Below, in pieces: positions 10,186 to 18,385 of a stretch of DNA of 64,000 nt. Origin of the DNA: an uncultured bacterium (GTDB lineage: Bacteria; Zhuqueibacterota; QNDG01; DSAB01); the NCBI GenBank assembly GCA_964617625.1, contig CAZTZL010000004.1:11009-75008 (forward strand), read 5' to 3'. The translations under genes and the position numbers were made by a program. Numbering within the stretch: the first letter of the stretch is position 1; each line of letters begins with the position of its first letter. The notes below the pieces were generated by a model. It saw nothing but the letters and a program-made list of their open reading frames with translations. It did no database searches and was not told where the DNA came from.

Positions 10186-11034
10186 TTATTTCCCGTTTTT
10201 CAGTGAATGCAATAAATTCAAATTATTTTTATAAGATTCCATATCGCCGGGTGTTTCGAGAACCATTGGATGGTTTTCGAACCGGATATCGTTAATCAGC
10301 AGATGAAAAGCTTCAAGACCGAGGAATCCCTTTCCGATATGCTCATGCCGGTCAAGACGGCTGCTCAGGCTGCTTTTCGAATCGTTTAAATGAAATACTT
10401 TCAGTTTCTCCAAACCGATTGTTTTATCAAATTGTTTAAAAGTCGCTTGATAGCTTTTTAAATCCCTGAAATCGTATCCCGATGCAAATACATGGGCCGT
10501 ATCAAAACAGACGCCCAATTGGTCCTTTTTTTCTACTTGCGAAATAATCGTTCCCAATTGTTCAAACTGATAACCGATGTGACTGCCCTGTCCTGATGTG
10601 GTTTCCAATAACAATTGGACCTGTTTACCTGTTACTTTTTCAAGAATCCGGTTCAGACTTTCTGAGATTCTCAGAATACCTTCCCGCTCCCCTGTTCCCT
10701 TGTGTGATCCGGGATGAAATACGAGATAAGGAACGCCTAAAAGCTCTGAGCGATTTATTTCATCTATAAACGCTTCCCTGGACTTTTTCAATCCTTCCCG
10801 ATCCGGGCTGGCCAGATTAATCAGGTAAGAATCGTGAATGATAACCTGCCGTACTGAAGATTGCCTGTATCTTTGCTGAAAAATTCGGCATTTTTCTTTC
10901 GAAATAGGAGCGCTTTTCCACTGTTTTTGATTTCTGCTGAATATCTGAACTGCTTCGCATTGCAGCTCTTCTCCTCTTTGAAAACACGTTTCCAGTCCGC
11001 CGCCAATGGAAATGTGTGCGCCCAGCAGTCCCAT
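10186..11034 (-). CDS. nfo: Deoxyribonuclease IV (endonuclease IV, AP endonuclease)
   Basis: Xylose-isomerase-like TIM barrel with the Nfo motifs GAHISIGGG, HDSYLINLASPD, LVFHPGSH, CFDTAHVFASGYD and HLNDSK. Confidence 0.9.
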   Translation of the reverse strand: MGLLGAHISIGGGLETCFQRGEELQCEAVQIFSRNQKQWKSAPISKEKCRIFQQRYRQSSVRQVIIHDSYLINLASPDREGLKKSREAFIDEINRSELLGVPYLVFHPGSHKGTGEREGILRISESLNRILEKVTGKQVQLLLETTSGQGSHIGYQFEQLGTIISQVEKKDQLGVCFDTAHVFASGYDFRDLKSYQATFKQFDKTIGLEKLKVFHLNDSKSSLSSRLDRHEHIGKGFLGLEAFHLLINDIRFENHPMVLETPGDMESYKNNLNLLHSLKNGK

Positions 11035-11057
11035 TCCAGTCCCGCTTTTGTCAGTAT

Positions 11058-11453
11058 TTAGATGACTTTTATTACTTTTTCAGACTGCCACAGACCATGA
11101 ATATTACATAAAGAAAGCGCCTGCAACGTGCCAGATTTTCCCAATTTTACTGACGCCGCAATTTCATGATGGGTATACACAGATCCTTTATTGGGACCTT
11201 CGACGGACTCTCCATGTGATGTAAACTCAAAATGACCAACCTGAAATGGAAATTTGTCTCCGTCCGCATGGAAATATAATGAAATCCAACGGATGTGATG
11301 TTCTGTCGTATTGGGATGTGCAATTTCTTTTCCAATACCTACTTTGACCTGAAATAATTCTCCATTTTTGACTTGATCCGGGCATTCAATAACAGGAACA
11401 TGTTTTTCTTCTTTCCAATTTGCCTCATGAACAAGTTCTGTAATCTTGGACAT
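11058..11453 (-). CDS. Superoxide reductase (desulfoferrodoxin / neelaredoxin family)
   Basis: EKHVPVIE, HPNTTEHHIRWI, and a C-terminal CNIHGLW iron-site motif. Confidence 0.85.
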   Translation of the reverse strand: MSKITELVHEANWKEEKHVPVIECPDQVKNGELFQVKVGIGKEIAHPNTTEHHIRWISLYFHADGDKFPFQVGHFEFTSHGESVEGPNKGSVYTHHEIAASVKLGKSGTLQALSLCNIHGLWQSEKVIKVI

Positions 11454-11471
11454 GATATATCCTCCTCTTTT

Positions 11472-13004
11472 CTATGCATTTTCATTGGGCAATGTAAAAT
11501 AAAATGTGGACCCCTTGCCCAATTCTGACTCGGTCCATATATTTCCATCGTGAAATTCCACAATTTTTTTGCACATGGCAAGACCTATACCCGTTCCCGG
11601 ATATTGTTCCCAGTTGTGCAGTCGTTTAAAAATCATAAAGATACGGTCTGCATATTTATTGTCAAAACCAATACCATTATCTTTTATTGAAAAAAGCCAT
11701 TCTCCATCTTTTTGTTGTACCTGTATATCGATTACCAAATCTTCTTCGCCTCTGAACTTGATTGCATTATCGATTAAATTACCGAACAAGCGCATTAATT
11801 GCTGTGCGTCTCCAGTGACTTTCGGAATCGTATTACAGCAATGAATCCTGGCTTTACTCGCGGAAATCTCTTCTTTCAAATTGCCGAGAACCACATTTAG
11901 AATATATTGACAGTCCACTTCTTCAAAAATTTTATTATGACTGCCCAGTCTTGAATATACCAGCAGATCATTGAGTAATCGTTTCATCCGTTTTGCAGCG
12001 CTGACAGCATAATGAATAAACTCATTGGCATCTGCATCCAGTTTTCCCTGATATCGTTTTTCCAGCATCTGAACATAACTCGCCACGATGCGAAGCGGTT
12101 CCTGTAAATCATGAAAGGCAACATAGGCAAACTGTTCCTGTTCAGCGTTGGTATGTTTTAGCTGGTTTGCAGTCTCTTCCAGTTCTTTTGCCGTTTTTTC
12201 CAGTCGTTCCTGAGCTAGTTTTTCTTCCGTGATATCTCTTGAAACACCAATAATACCCATGACCTGATTGTTCTGGTCCCTCATAGGGACCTTGGTGGCC
12301 GTAACCCATCGTATTCGGCCGTCCGCCCTTTCTATTTGTTCTAATTTCGATATAAGAGGCTGATCCGTTTTGATCAAATTTTGTTCATCATCAAATGCTT
12401 TCTGGGCCTGTTCTTTCGGGAAATAATCAAAATCGGTTTTCCCAATAGCCTCATCAGGATTGGCAATGCCCAATACTTCTGCCTGGGCCATATTGATGCG
12501 AATGAAACGGGATTGTTTGTCCTTGAAATAGATCGTATCCGGAATGTTTTTCATCAGGGCATTGATGAGATCCCGTTCATGTTGAGATATATCTACAATT
12601 TGCTTCCGTTCAATCGCATACCGGATGGATCGCAAGAGCAGATATCCGCTGACTTCCCCTTTGAACAGGTAATCCTGAGCGCCTTCCCGAACCGCCTGAA
12701 CGGCAACACCCTCATCCCTGAGACCGCTTAATACAATGATCGGAATATGAGGTGCCGCCTGATAGGCCTTATAAAACGTATCCAATCCTGTACTATCGGG
12801 TAAAGAGAGATCGAGTAATAGAATATCAATACTCTTTTCCCGCAGTTTTTCCAAACCTGTGGATAATTGCTCAGCCCAGATCAGTTCAATTCTTTTTACC
12901 GAAGAATCATTGGAGGCCCCTTCTTTCAACAATTCCTCCAATAATCGTGCGTCTCCGGGATTATCTTCGATGAGAAGAATATTCAGAATTTCATCCTGAT
13001 TCAT
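11472..13004 (-). CDS. Receiver-PAS-histidine kinase (N-terminal REC domain fused to a sensor kinase)
   Basis: REC domain (LLIEDNPGDARLL...LLDLSLPD), a PAS domain, an H-box AFHDLQEPLR, and a HATPase_c domain (NLIDNAIKF, DNGIGF, GTGIGLAM). Confidence 0.85.
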   Translation of the reverse strand: MNQDEILNILLIEDNPGDARLLEELLKEGASNDSSVKRIELIWAEQLSTGLEKLREKSIDILLLDLSLPDSTGLDTFYKAYQAAPHIPIIVLSGLRDEGVAVQAVREGAQDYLFKGEVSGYLLLRSIRYAIERKQIVDISQHERDLINALMKNIPDTIYFKDKQSRFIRINMAQAEVLGIANPDEAIGKTDFDYFPKEQAQKAFDDEQNLIKTDQPLISKLEQIERADGRIRWVTATKVPMRDQNNQVMGIIGVSRDITEEKLAQERLEKTAKELEETANQLKHTNAEQEQFAYVAFHDLQEPLRIVASYVQMLEKRYQGKLDADANEFIHYAVSAAKRMKRLLNDLLVYSRLGSHNKIFEEVDCQYILNVVLGNLKEEISASKARIHCCNTIPKVTGDAQQLMRLFGNLIDNAIKFRGEEDLVIDIQVQQKDGEWLFSIKDNGIGFDNKYADRIFMIFKRLHNWEQYPGTGIGLAMCKKIVEFHDGNIWTESELGKGSTFYFTLPNENA

Positions 13005-13045
13005 GACCCGCTCTGACTCCTCTTGATATATGTCTTTCAGAAAAA

Positions 13046-13062
13046 TTATCTTTAAAAGATAA
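13046..13062. promoter_or_regulatory. Perfect 17 bp palindrome TTATCTTT-a-AAAGATAA; candidate Fur/PerR-type operator
   Basis: 8-1-8 inverted repeat with GATAA / TTATC terminal hexamers. It sits about 42 bp upstream of the REC-HK start (13004) and about 135 bp after the bcp stop. Confidence 0.3.
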
Positions 13063-13197
13063 CAAAGACAGTAGGTCCAATAATATTTTTAATTTCAGAC
13101 CGCATTTTCGCACTACAACCACTCAGGTTTCAAAACATGTGATCAAACTTGTGAGTAAAATCGAAAGCCTGATTGTTCTGATATTCGTTTCAACTAT

Positions 13198-13680
13198 TTA
13201 CAGTCGATTGTTTTGTATTGCCTTGATTTTCTCCAGCACGATATCAATATGTCCGGGAACATTAACTTTTCTCCAAACAGACACAATCTTTCCACTCGGA
13301 TCAATCAAAAATGTACTTCTTTCAACACCAAAGTATTCCTTGCCATACATTTTCTTTTTGATCCAAACAGCGTATTTATCCATTACTTCGTGGTTTTCAT
13401 CGCTGAGAAGCTTCACTTTAAGATTGTGCCTATCCCGAAAATTACAATGGCTCTTCGGTGAGTCAGGGCTGACACCGATAACAACTGCTTTCAATTTTAT
13501 AAAAGCATCAATTGATTTCGAAAAATCAATGGCTTCGAGTGTACATCCGCTGGTATTGTCTTTCGGATAGAAATAGAGGACGACCCATTGGCCTTTAAAA
13601 TCTTTTAGGCAAACCCGCTTTTCGTTGGCATCCGGCAGACAAAAGGAGAAAGCGGCTTCTCCTTTTTTTGGCAGAGTCAT
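13198..13680 (-). CDS. bcp: Thiol peroxidase / peroxiredoxin of the Bcp type
   Basis: FYPKDNTSGCTLEA peroxidatic-cysteine motif in a thioredoxin fold. Confidence 0.85.
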   Translation of the reverse strand: MTLPKKGEAAFSFCLPDANEKRVCLKDFKGQWVVLYFYPKDNTSGCTLEAIDFSKSIDAFIKLKAVVIGVSPDSPKSHCNFRDRHNLKVKLLSDENHEVMDKYAVWIKKKMYGKEYFGVERSTFLIDPSGKIVSVWRKVNVPGHIDIVLEKIKAIQNNRL

Positions 13681-13691
13681 AACGACACCTC

Positions 13692-14207
13692 TTATTCTTC
13701 ACCTTTTAATTCGGAATGAAATGCTCTTTTCCCAAGTTCCCTGTCCAGCATAAACAATCCGCCTCCTGATTCGCCGACCATCTTGAGCTTGTCCAAAATT
13801 TCATGATCGTTGGCTTCTTCTTCAACCTGTTCGGTCACAAACCACTGAAGAAATATTTGCGTGGCATGATCGTTTTCTTTTAAAGATAGATCAACAAGAT
13901 CATTGATGCTCTTGGTGACAAATTGTTCATGAGCAAGGGTTTTCTCGAACATATCAACAGGCGATTTGTAATCGGTTTGCGGCTTTTCGATTGCCTGAAG
14001 TTTCACTTGCGCACCCTGTCCATGCAAATATTTGTAAATCCGCATGGCGTGTTCATTCTCTTCCTGATATTGGACCATAAACCAGTTGGCAAATCCACTC
14101 AGACCTGTATGTTCGCTATAGGCAGCCATCGAAAGATAAATATAAGCAGAATACATTTCTTTATTAATTTGAACATTTAAGGCTTCTGCAATTTTTTTAC
14201 TCAGCAT
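13692..14207 (-). CDS. ftnA: Non-haem ferritin
   Basis: Ferritin ferroxidase-centre residues (E..Y, EENEHA, QWFVTEQVEEE) in a 171 aa protein. Confidence 0.85.
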   Translation of the reverse strand: MLSKKIAEALNVQINKEMYSAYIYLSMAAYSEHTGLSGFANWFMVQYQEENEHAMRIYKYLHGQGAQVKLQAIEKPQTDYKSPVDMFEKTLAHEQFVTKSINDLVDLSLKENDHATQIFLQWFVTEQVEEEANDHEILDKLKMVGESGGGLFMLDRELGKRAFHSELKGEE

Positions 14208-14271
14208 ATATTATTCTCCTTTTCTAATTTGTTTTAACACAAAAAAGATGTCCCATCCTTAACTTTTTGAT

Positions 14272-14430
14272 TTACTGCTTTTCAAATTCATCCTTGCCAG
14301 CACCGCATTCCGGGCATACCCAGTCATCGGGAATTTTTTCAAACGGTGTCCCCGGAGCCACATCGTTATCGGGATCGCCCACAGCAGGATCATACACATA
14401 ACCGCATATTTTACAAACCCACTTTTCCAT
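14272..14430 (-). CDS. Rubredoxin (52 aa); below the ORF-track size cutoff
   Basis: Reverse-complement translation gives [52 protein letters not shown], which is canonical rubredoxin with two CxxCG knuckles. A GGAGGTG ribosome-binding site lies upstream. Confidence 0.8.
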   Translation of the reverse strand: MEKWVCKICGYVYDPAVGDPDNDVAPGTPFEKIPDDWVCPECGAGKDEFEKQ

Positions 14431-14509
14431 AGTACGCACCTCCTTCTGTTAGTTGTAAATTAATTGTATTTTTAAATCAACTGTTTATGAAGAATCGATC
14501 GTCCACCCT

Positions 14510-15727
14510 TTATGGATTTAATTTTTCCGGTGTATATCCGACATTTCTAATTGCTTTTTCAACAGATTCGGCAGACACATTTCCGTTTACACCAACTATT
14601 TTTTTACCAAGATCCACGACCACTTTTTCTACTCCTGGAATAGATTCAACAGCATTTTTTACAGTCATTTGGCAATGCTTACAGGTCATATCTTTTACGG
14701 ACAATTCCAGTTTCATATCCGCCACTTCCTTTCTTGTATGAATCAAACCGCGAAGAATGAGAACCAACAGAACCGCTCCTGAAGTAATCGTCACAACAGG
14801 TGGAATCATTTTCGAATGATGATGAACAAACGCAATATCTCCGCCCAGACGGAACCACAACAGATTAAACAGCCACCCAACAACAAGGGAGACAATTATG
14901 ATTGAGCTTAAATAAAAATAAAATGCTTTTTTCCCAAGTTTGGACCATACAAACGATAATGTGACTGTGTTTGTGGCCGGTCCTGCAATGAGGAAGACCA
15001 GAGCGGCTCCTGGAGCAAATCCTTTCTGGATGAGTGCGGCCGCAATAGGAATCGAACCCGTCGCACAGACATAGAGCGGAATAGCAATAACGAGCATGAT
15101 AATAAAATGAATCCAGGGATTTGAAAAATGGCTCAGAATCAAATCCTCGGGGATAACCGCTGTCAAAATTCCACCGATGACCACACCGAAGAGAAGCCAT
15201 TTACCAATATCACCTGCCAGTTCAATGAAACCATACTGAAAGACTTCCCTGAATCTGAACTTTGTCGATAATTTTTCATGGGTATGCGTATGATGTATAA
15301 CTGTTTTTTCCGGATTGAAAACAGCATCAAGGAATCCGATCAGAAGACCGGATAAAAACGCTGCAATGGGCCTGAAAACAGCAAACAAAGGACCCATTAA
15401 TGAATAGGTAGCAGCAATGGAGTCCACACCCGTGGTCGGTGTTGAAATGAGGAATGCGAGCGTAGCACTTCGGTTTGCTCCTTCCCTTCGTAATGAAGCC
15501 GCAACCGGAATCACGCCGCAGGAGCACAGCGGCAACGGAATGCCAAGAATGGTGGCTTTCAGGATTGATGAAAATCTCCCTCCACCGAGATGATGCGCTA
15601 TAAAATCCGATCCTAAAAAAGCATGCAATATCCCGGCGACAAATAACCCGAGCAATAGATAGGGTGCCACTGCAAGCCAGAGATCGACGGAAGCTTTCAG
15701 GATATTGTACAATAAATCGATTATCAT
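14510..15727 (-). CDS. Metal permease of the PF03773 / ArsP-like family with a C-terminal heavy-metal-associated (HMA) domain; resembles SO_0444-type Cu/Zn transporters
   Basis: Polytopic membrane protein with a conserved PLCSCG motif, a His-rich loop (HHTHTH) and a C-terminal MTCKHCQMTVKNAVESIPGV HMA fold. Confidence 0.7.
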   Translation of the reverse strand: MIIDLLYNILKASVDLWLAVAPYLLLGLFVAGILHAFLGSDFIAHHLGGGRFSSILKATILGIPLPLCSCGVIPVAASLRREGANRSATLAFLISTPTTGVDSIAATYSLMGPLFAVFRPIAAFLSGLLIGFLDAVFNPEKTVIHHTHTHEKLSTKFRFREVFQYGFIELAGDIGKWLLFGVVIGGILTAVIPEDLILSHFSNPWIHFIIMLVIAIPLYVCATGSIPIAAALIQKGFAPGAALVFLIAGPATNTVTLSFVWSKLGKKAFYFYLSSIIIVSLVVGWLFNLLWFRLGGDIAFVHHHSKMIPPVVTITSGAVLLVLILRGLIHTRKEVADMKLELSVKDMTCKHCQMTVKNAVESIPGVEKVVVDLGKKIVGVNGNVSAESVEKAIRNVGYTPEKLNP

Positions 15728-15736
15728 TGAAAACCT

Positions 15737-16240
15737 TTAGAATTTTACAAATTTATCTTTTGAAACACCGCAAACCGGACAATTATCGGGAACATCGCCT
15801 GATACCGTATATCCACAGACAGGACAAATATAAATATCGTTCATTTCGATATCTTTCCCCTGTTTTACGAATTCTCTGGCTTCCGAATACATGGCCGAAT
15901 GAATTTTCTCCGCTTCGATGGCGTAGTGAATCGAACGGATGGCCTCTTTTTCTGTCTGAAGTTTCGCCACGGCATCATAGGCCGGGTACATCTCTTCCAC
16001 CTCAAAATTCTCTCCGTCTATGGCGGATTGAAGGTTTTCGCTTGTATCTCCCAGATCTCCGAGTGCTTTCAAATGATTGGTTGCATGCACCTGTTCGGCA
16101 AATGATATGGCTTTGAACAACCGGGCAATATTGGATTTACCCTCACTTTCCGCTTTTTTGGAAAAAGCAAAATATTTCATATGAGCTTGACTTTCGCCTG
16201 CGAATGCGTCTTTTAAGTTCTTTTCTGTCATTTTCTTCAT
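15737..16240 (-). CDS. rbr: Rubrerythrin (erythrin domain plus C-terminal rubredoxin-like domain)
   Basis: Diiron motifs (ESQAHMKY, EQVHA, EAEKIHSAMY) and a C-terminal CPVCG...CPVCG domain. Confidence 0.9.
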   Translation of the reverse strand: MKKMTEKNLKDAFAGESQAHMKYFAFSKKAESEGKSNIARLFKAISFAEQVHATNHLKALGDLGDTSENLQSAIDGENFEVEEMYPAYDAVAKLQTEKEAIRSIHYAIEAEKIHSAMYSEAREFVKQGKDIEMNDIYICPVCGYTVSGDVPDNCPVCGVSKDKFVKF

Positions 16241-16275
16241 TCTTTATACCTCCTGAATTGATTTCGTATAAAAAA

Positions 16276-17040
16276 TCAAAATTCAAAAAACCGGTGTATT
16301 GTAAACCCAAAATGTAAATCATTCGAATCTGCACCCTGCATTAATATCCGATTGCCGAGTCCATAACTATTACTCAGAAGAAAATGAAACTGATGGCCAT
16401 ACGTCAGCATTTTGAGTCCAAATGCAAAAATATTATTGCGATCTTTTAGATCCGAATTGAGTATAGGATAGTATTCACCTATAAAATGCAGGTTTTTAGT
16501 TAACTGAATATCCCCTCCAAGACCCAATCCAAGATTTTCATTATAACCATCATAACCCAAATTAATTACAGGCGTTAAGCGGTTGAACAAAGGTTCTATA
16601 CGGGATACCATTTGGAAAAACATATGATACTTCCGACAATTGATCGCCTGCTCGAAAGAAAAATACTCGGCTTCGACTTGAAACTGGAAAATCCGAATAG
16701 GAAATGGAATTTTATACTGAATGCCCAGAGAATACGCCTTCAATGGAGAATTAAAAACGTAGGATCCCGAAATACCGATTCCGCTTCCCACGAAAACTCG
16801 CAGCCCAAGTCCCGGATTAGCGCCTCCCTGCATTCCGAAAAATGTTTCGAGTGGCTTTTCAGTTGCTACACCATAAAAACGATGTACAATGGTAAATTGC
16901 ATCTGACGTGCCTCAAGATCCGAAGGCACACTCAGATTCAGCATGGCGTATTTTTCATAAGCAAAAATGAAACCAGGCAAAGCTGTTAATACAATTAAAA
17001 GAAAATTACTTTTTTTCCGTATCATCCCAAACTCCCACAA
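16276..17040 (-). CDS. Outer-membrane beta-barrel protein, DUF5777-like
   Basis: N-terminal signal peptide, alternating amphipathic beta-strand pattern, and a C-terminal aromatic residue (...HRFFEF). The family assignment is from memory. Confidence 0.45.
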   Translation of the reverse strand: MWEFGMIRKKSNFLLIVLTALPGFIFAYEKYAMLNLSVPSDLEARQMQFTIVHRFYGVATEKPLETFFGMQGGANPGLGLRVFVGSGIGISGSYVFNSPLKAYSLGIQYKIPFPIRIFQFQVEAEYFSFEQAINCRKYHMFFQMVSRIEPLFNRLTPVINLGYDGYNENLGLGLGGDIQLTKNLHFIGEYYPILNSDLKDRNNIFAFGLKMLTYGHQFHFLLSNSYGLGNRILMQGADSNDLHFGFTIHRFFEF

Positions 17041-17048
17041 TTAGTGGA

Positions 17049-17471
17049 TTACTCCGACTGAACTGTGATTTTGACTTTTTTCTTTCCATATATACTGCAT
17101 TGCGCAGTCACAGTAATCTCGTCCCCCGTCTTTGCGCCAGGAATTAAATAGGTAGCTTTCTGCTCATCCGGATTCAATTGGATTGCAAACGTCTGCTGAA
17201 TGATCTCATTGCCATTGAGCTGAACGACAATCTTACCAATCCGATGCTTCACCACATCTTTTGTGTTATGTACAGCTACAACAGTCAAAATATGATCCTG
17301 CAGATTAAAATTGAGATCGACTTTACTTGGTGGATGAGCAAAAGCAATTTGGACAAACAAGAATGAAAAAAGCATAACGGATAAAATTGATTTTATTTTC
17401 AACGGAAGGGCCCTCCATTTGTTAGATGCATAAAATATTAACGAAATTAAAATAAAAAGTTTCCAATTCAT
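17049..17471 (-). CDS. Small secreted protein whose predicted mature N-terminus is a histidine (AFA|HPPSK); possible CopC-like metal-binding beta-sandwich
   Basis: Long N-terminal hydrophobic leader with an AXA cleavage site, leaving a mature chain of about 105 aa that starts HPPSKVDLNF. Its start overlaps the Rieske gene stop by 4 nt (ATGA coupling). Confidence 0.4.
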   Translation of the reverse strand: MNWKLFILISLIFYASNKWRALPLKIKSILSVMLFSFLFVQIAFAHPPSKVDLNFNLQDHILTVVAVHNTKDVVKHRIGKIVVQLNGNEIIQQTFAIQLNPDEQKATYLIPGAKTGDEITVTAQCSIYGKKKVKITVQSE

Positions 17472-17932
17472 GAATCGAGATGGAGTATAATCTGATTACT
17501 TTCTAAAGTCGCCAGGATTTCTTCCAGCGGAAAAGGAGCCGGACCGCTTACATTATCACCAGATAGATTGTATCGAGAGCCATGCCCGCAGGGACCGGAA
17601 CAGACCATGATGCCATTCACAGGCAGATCGATTTCACAGCCGGCATGCGTACAGCGGCTCGAAAAAGCAACCGTTTCTGTTTCGGAAATTCGAATAACGA
17701 TAACAGGCAGTGCATATCCCGGCACGTCATCAAATTTTAAAGCACCATTTACCGAATTTAATACTTGATTGTCCGATTGATTCAGATCGATAACATAATT
17801 GTTTTCATTTTGATTTGATTGCATGGGACATGTTTTATCTTTACTGCAGGACGATATCAACTGCCCTATCCCGGTTATACCGATGGCCACCGAGCACGAT
17901 TGTTTTAAAAATCTTCTTCTTTCCATAATCAT
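17468..17932 (-). CDS. Tat-exported Rieske [2Fe-2S] lipoprotein
   Basis: Twin-arginine motif RRRFLK, lipobox LISSC, Rieske box I CTHAGC and box II CSGPCGHGS. Confidence 0.75.
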   Translation of the reverse strand: MIMERRRFLKQSCSVAIGITGIGQLISSCSKDKTCPMQSNQNENNYVIDLNQSDNQVLNSVNGALKFDDVPGYALPVIVIRISETETVAFSSRCTHAGCEIDLPVNGIMVCSGPCGHGSRYNLSGDNVSGPAPFPLEEILATLESNQIILHLDS

Positions 17933-17960
17933 TCCTTAAAAAAGGATAATGACGAATATG

Positions 17961-18365
17961 TTATTTGGAGTGATCGCATTCCGAACAAATGCCCTGAAAT
18001 TCAAGAAAATGATTATGAATGCGATATCCTGTTAATTTCTCGATTTCATCGATCGATACACGCGGTGAAATATGAGGCACATCTTCTACTTTTCCACAGA
18101 CCGTGCAGCGCACATGATAATGATCCCGCAGATCGCCGTCGTAACATCTTAATCCCTTGCCAATGTTCAATTCCTGAATCTTGCCTTCATCCCGTAATAA
18201 ACTCAGATTCCGGTAAACGGTACCGAGACTGATATTGGCCATTTGCTTTCGGGCCATTTCGAAAATACGATCAGCCGTAGGGTGGCAGTGTGTCGACCGA
18301 ATGACACGAAGCACAAGATTACGCTGGCGGCTTGATTTCAATTTTCTCTCTTGTTTGATCGACAT
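17961..18365 (-). CDS. Fur-family transcriptional regulator (PerR-like by genomic context)
   Basis: Fur fold with a winged HTH, metal-site HHH-type residues (DHYHVRCTVCG) and a C-terminal CSEC. It sits at the head of the oxidative-stress cluster. Confidence 0.85.
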   Translation of the reverse strand: MSIKQERKLKSSRQRNLVLRVIRSTHCHPTADRIFEMARKQMANISLGTVYRNLSLLRDEGKIQELNIGKGLRCYDGDLRDHYHVRCTVCGKVEDVPHISPRVSIDEIEKLTGYRIHNHFLEFQGICSECDHSK

Positions 18366-18385
18366 TTATAAGCCATAATAATAAT

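Noticed and set aside
14208-14271. Short hairpin gatg-gga-catc followed by TTTTTT between rubredoxin and ferritin
   Set aside because: Only a 4 bp stem, too weak to call a terminator or attenuator.
17375-17375. Alternative internal start (Met33, MLFSF...) for the His-N-terminal secreted protein
   Set aside because: The upstream ATG at 17471 forms an ATGA overlap with the Rieske gene stop, typical of translational coupling. The Met33 start would give a signal peptide with no positively charged n-region. Either start gives the same predicted mature protein.
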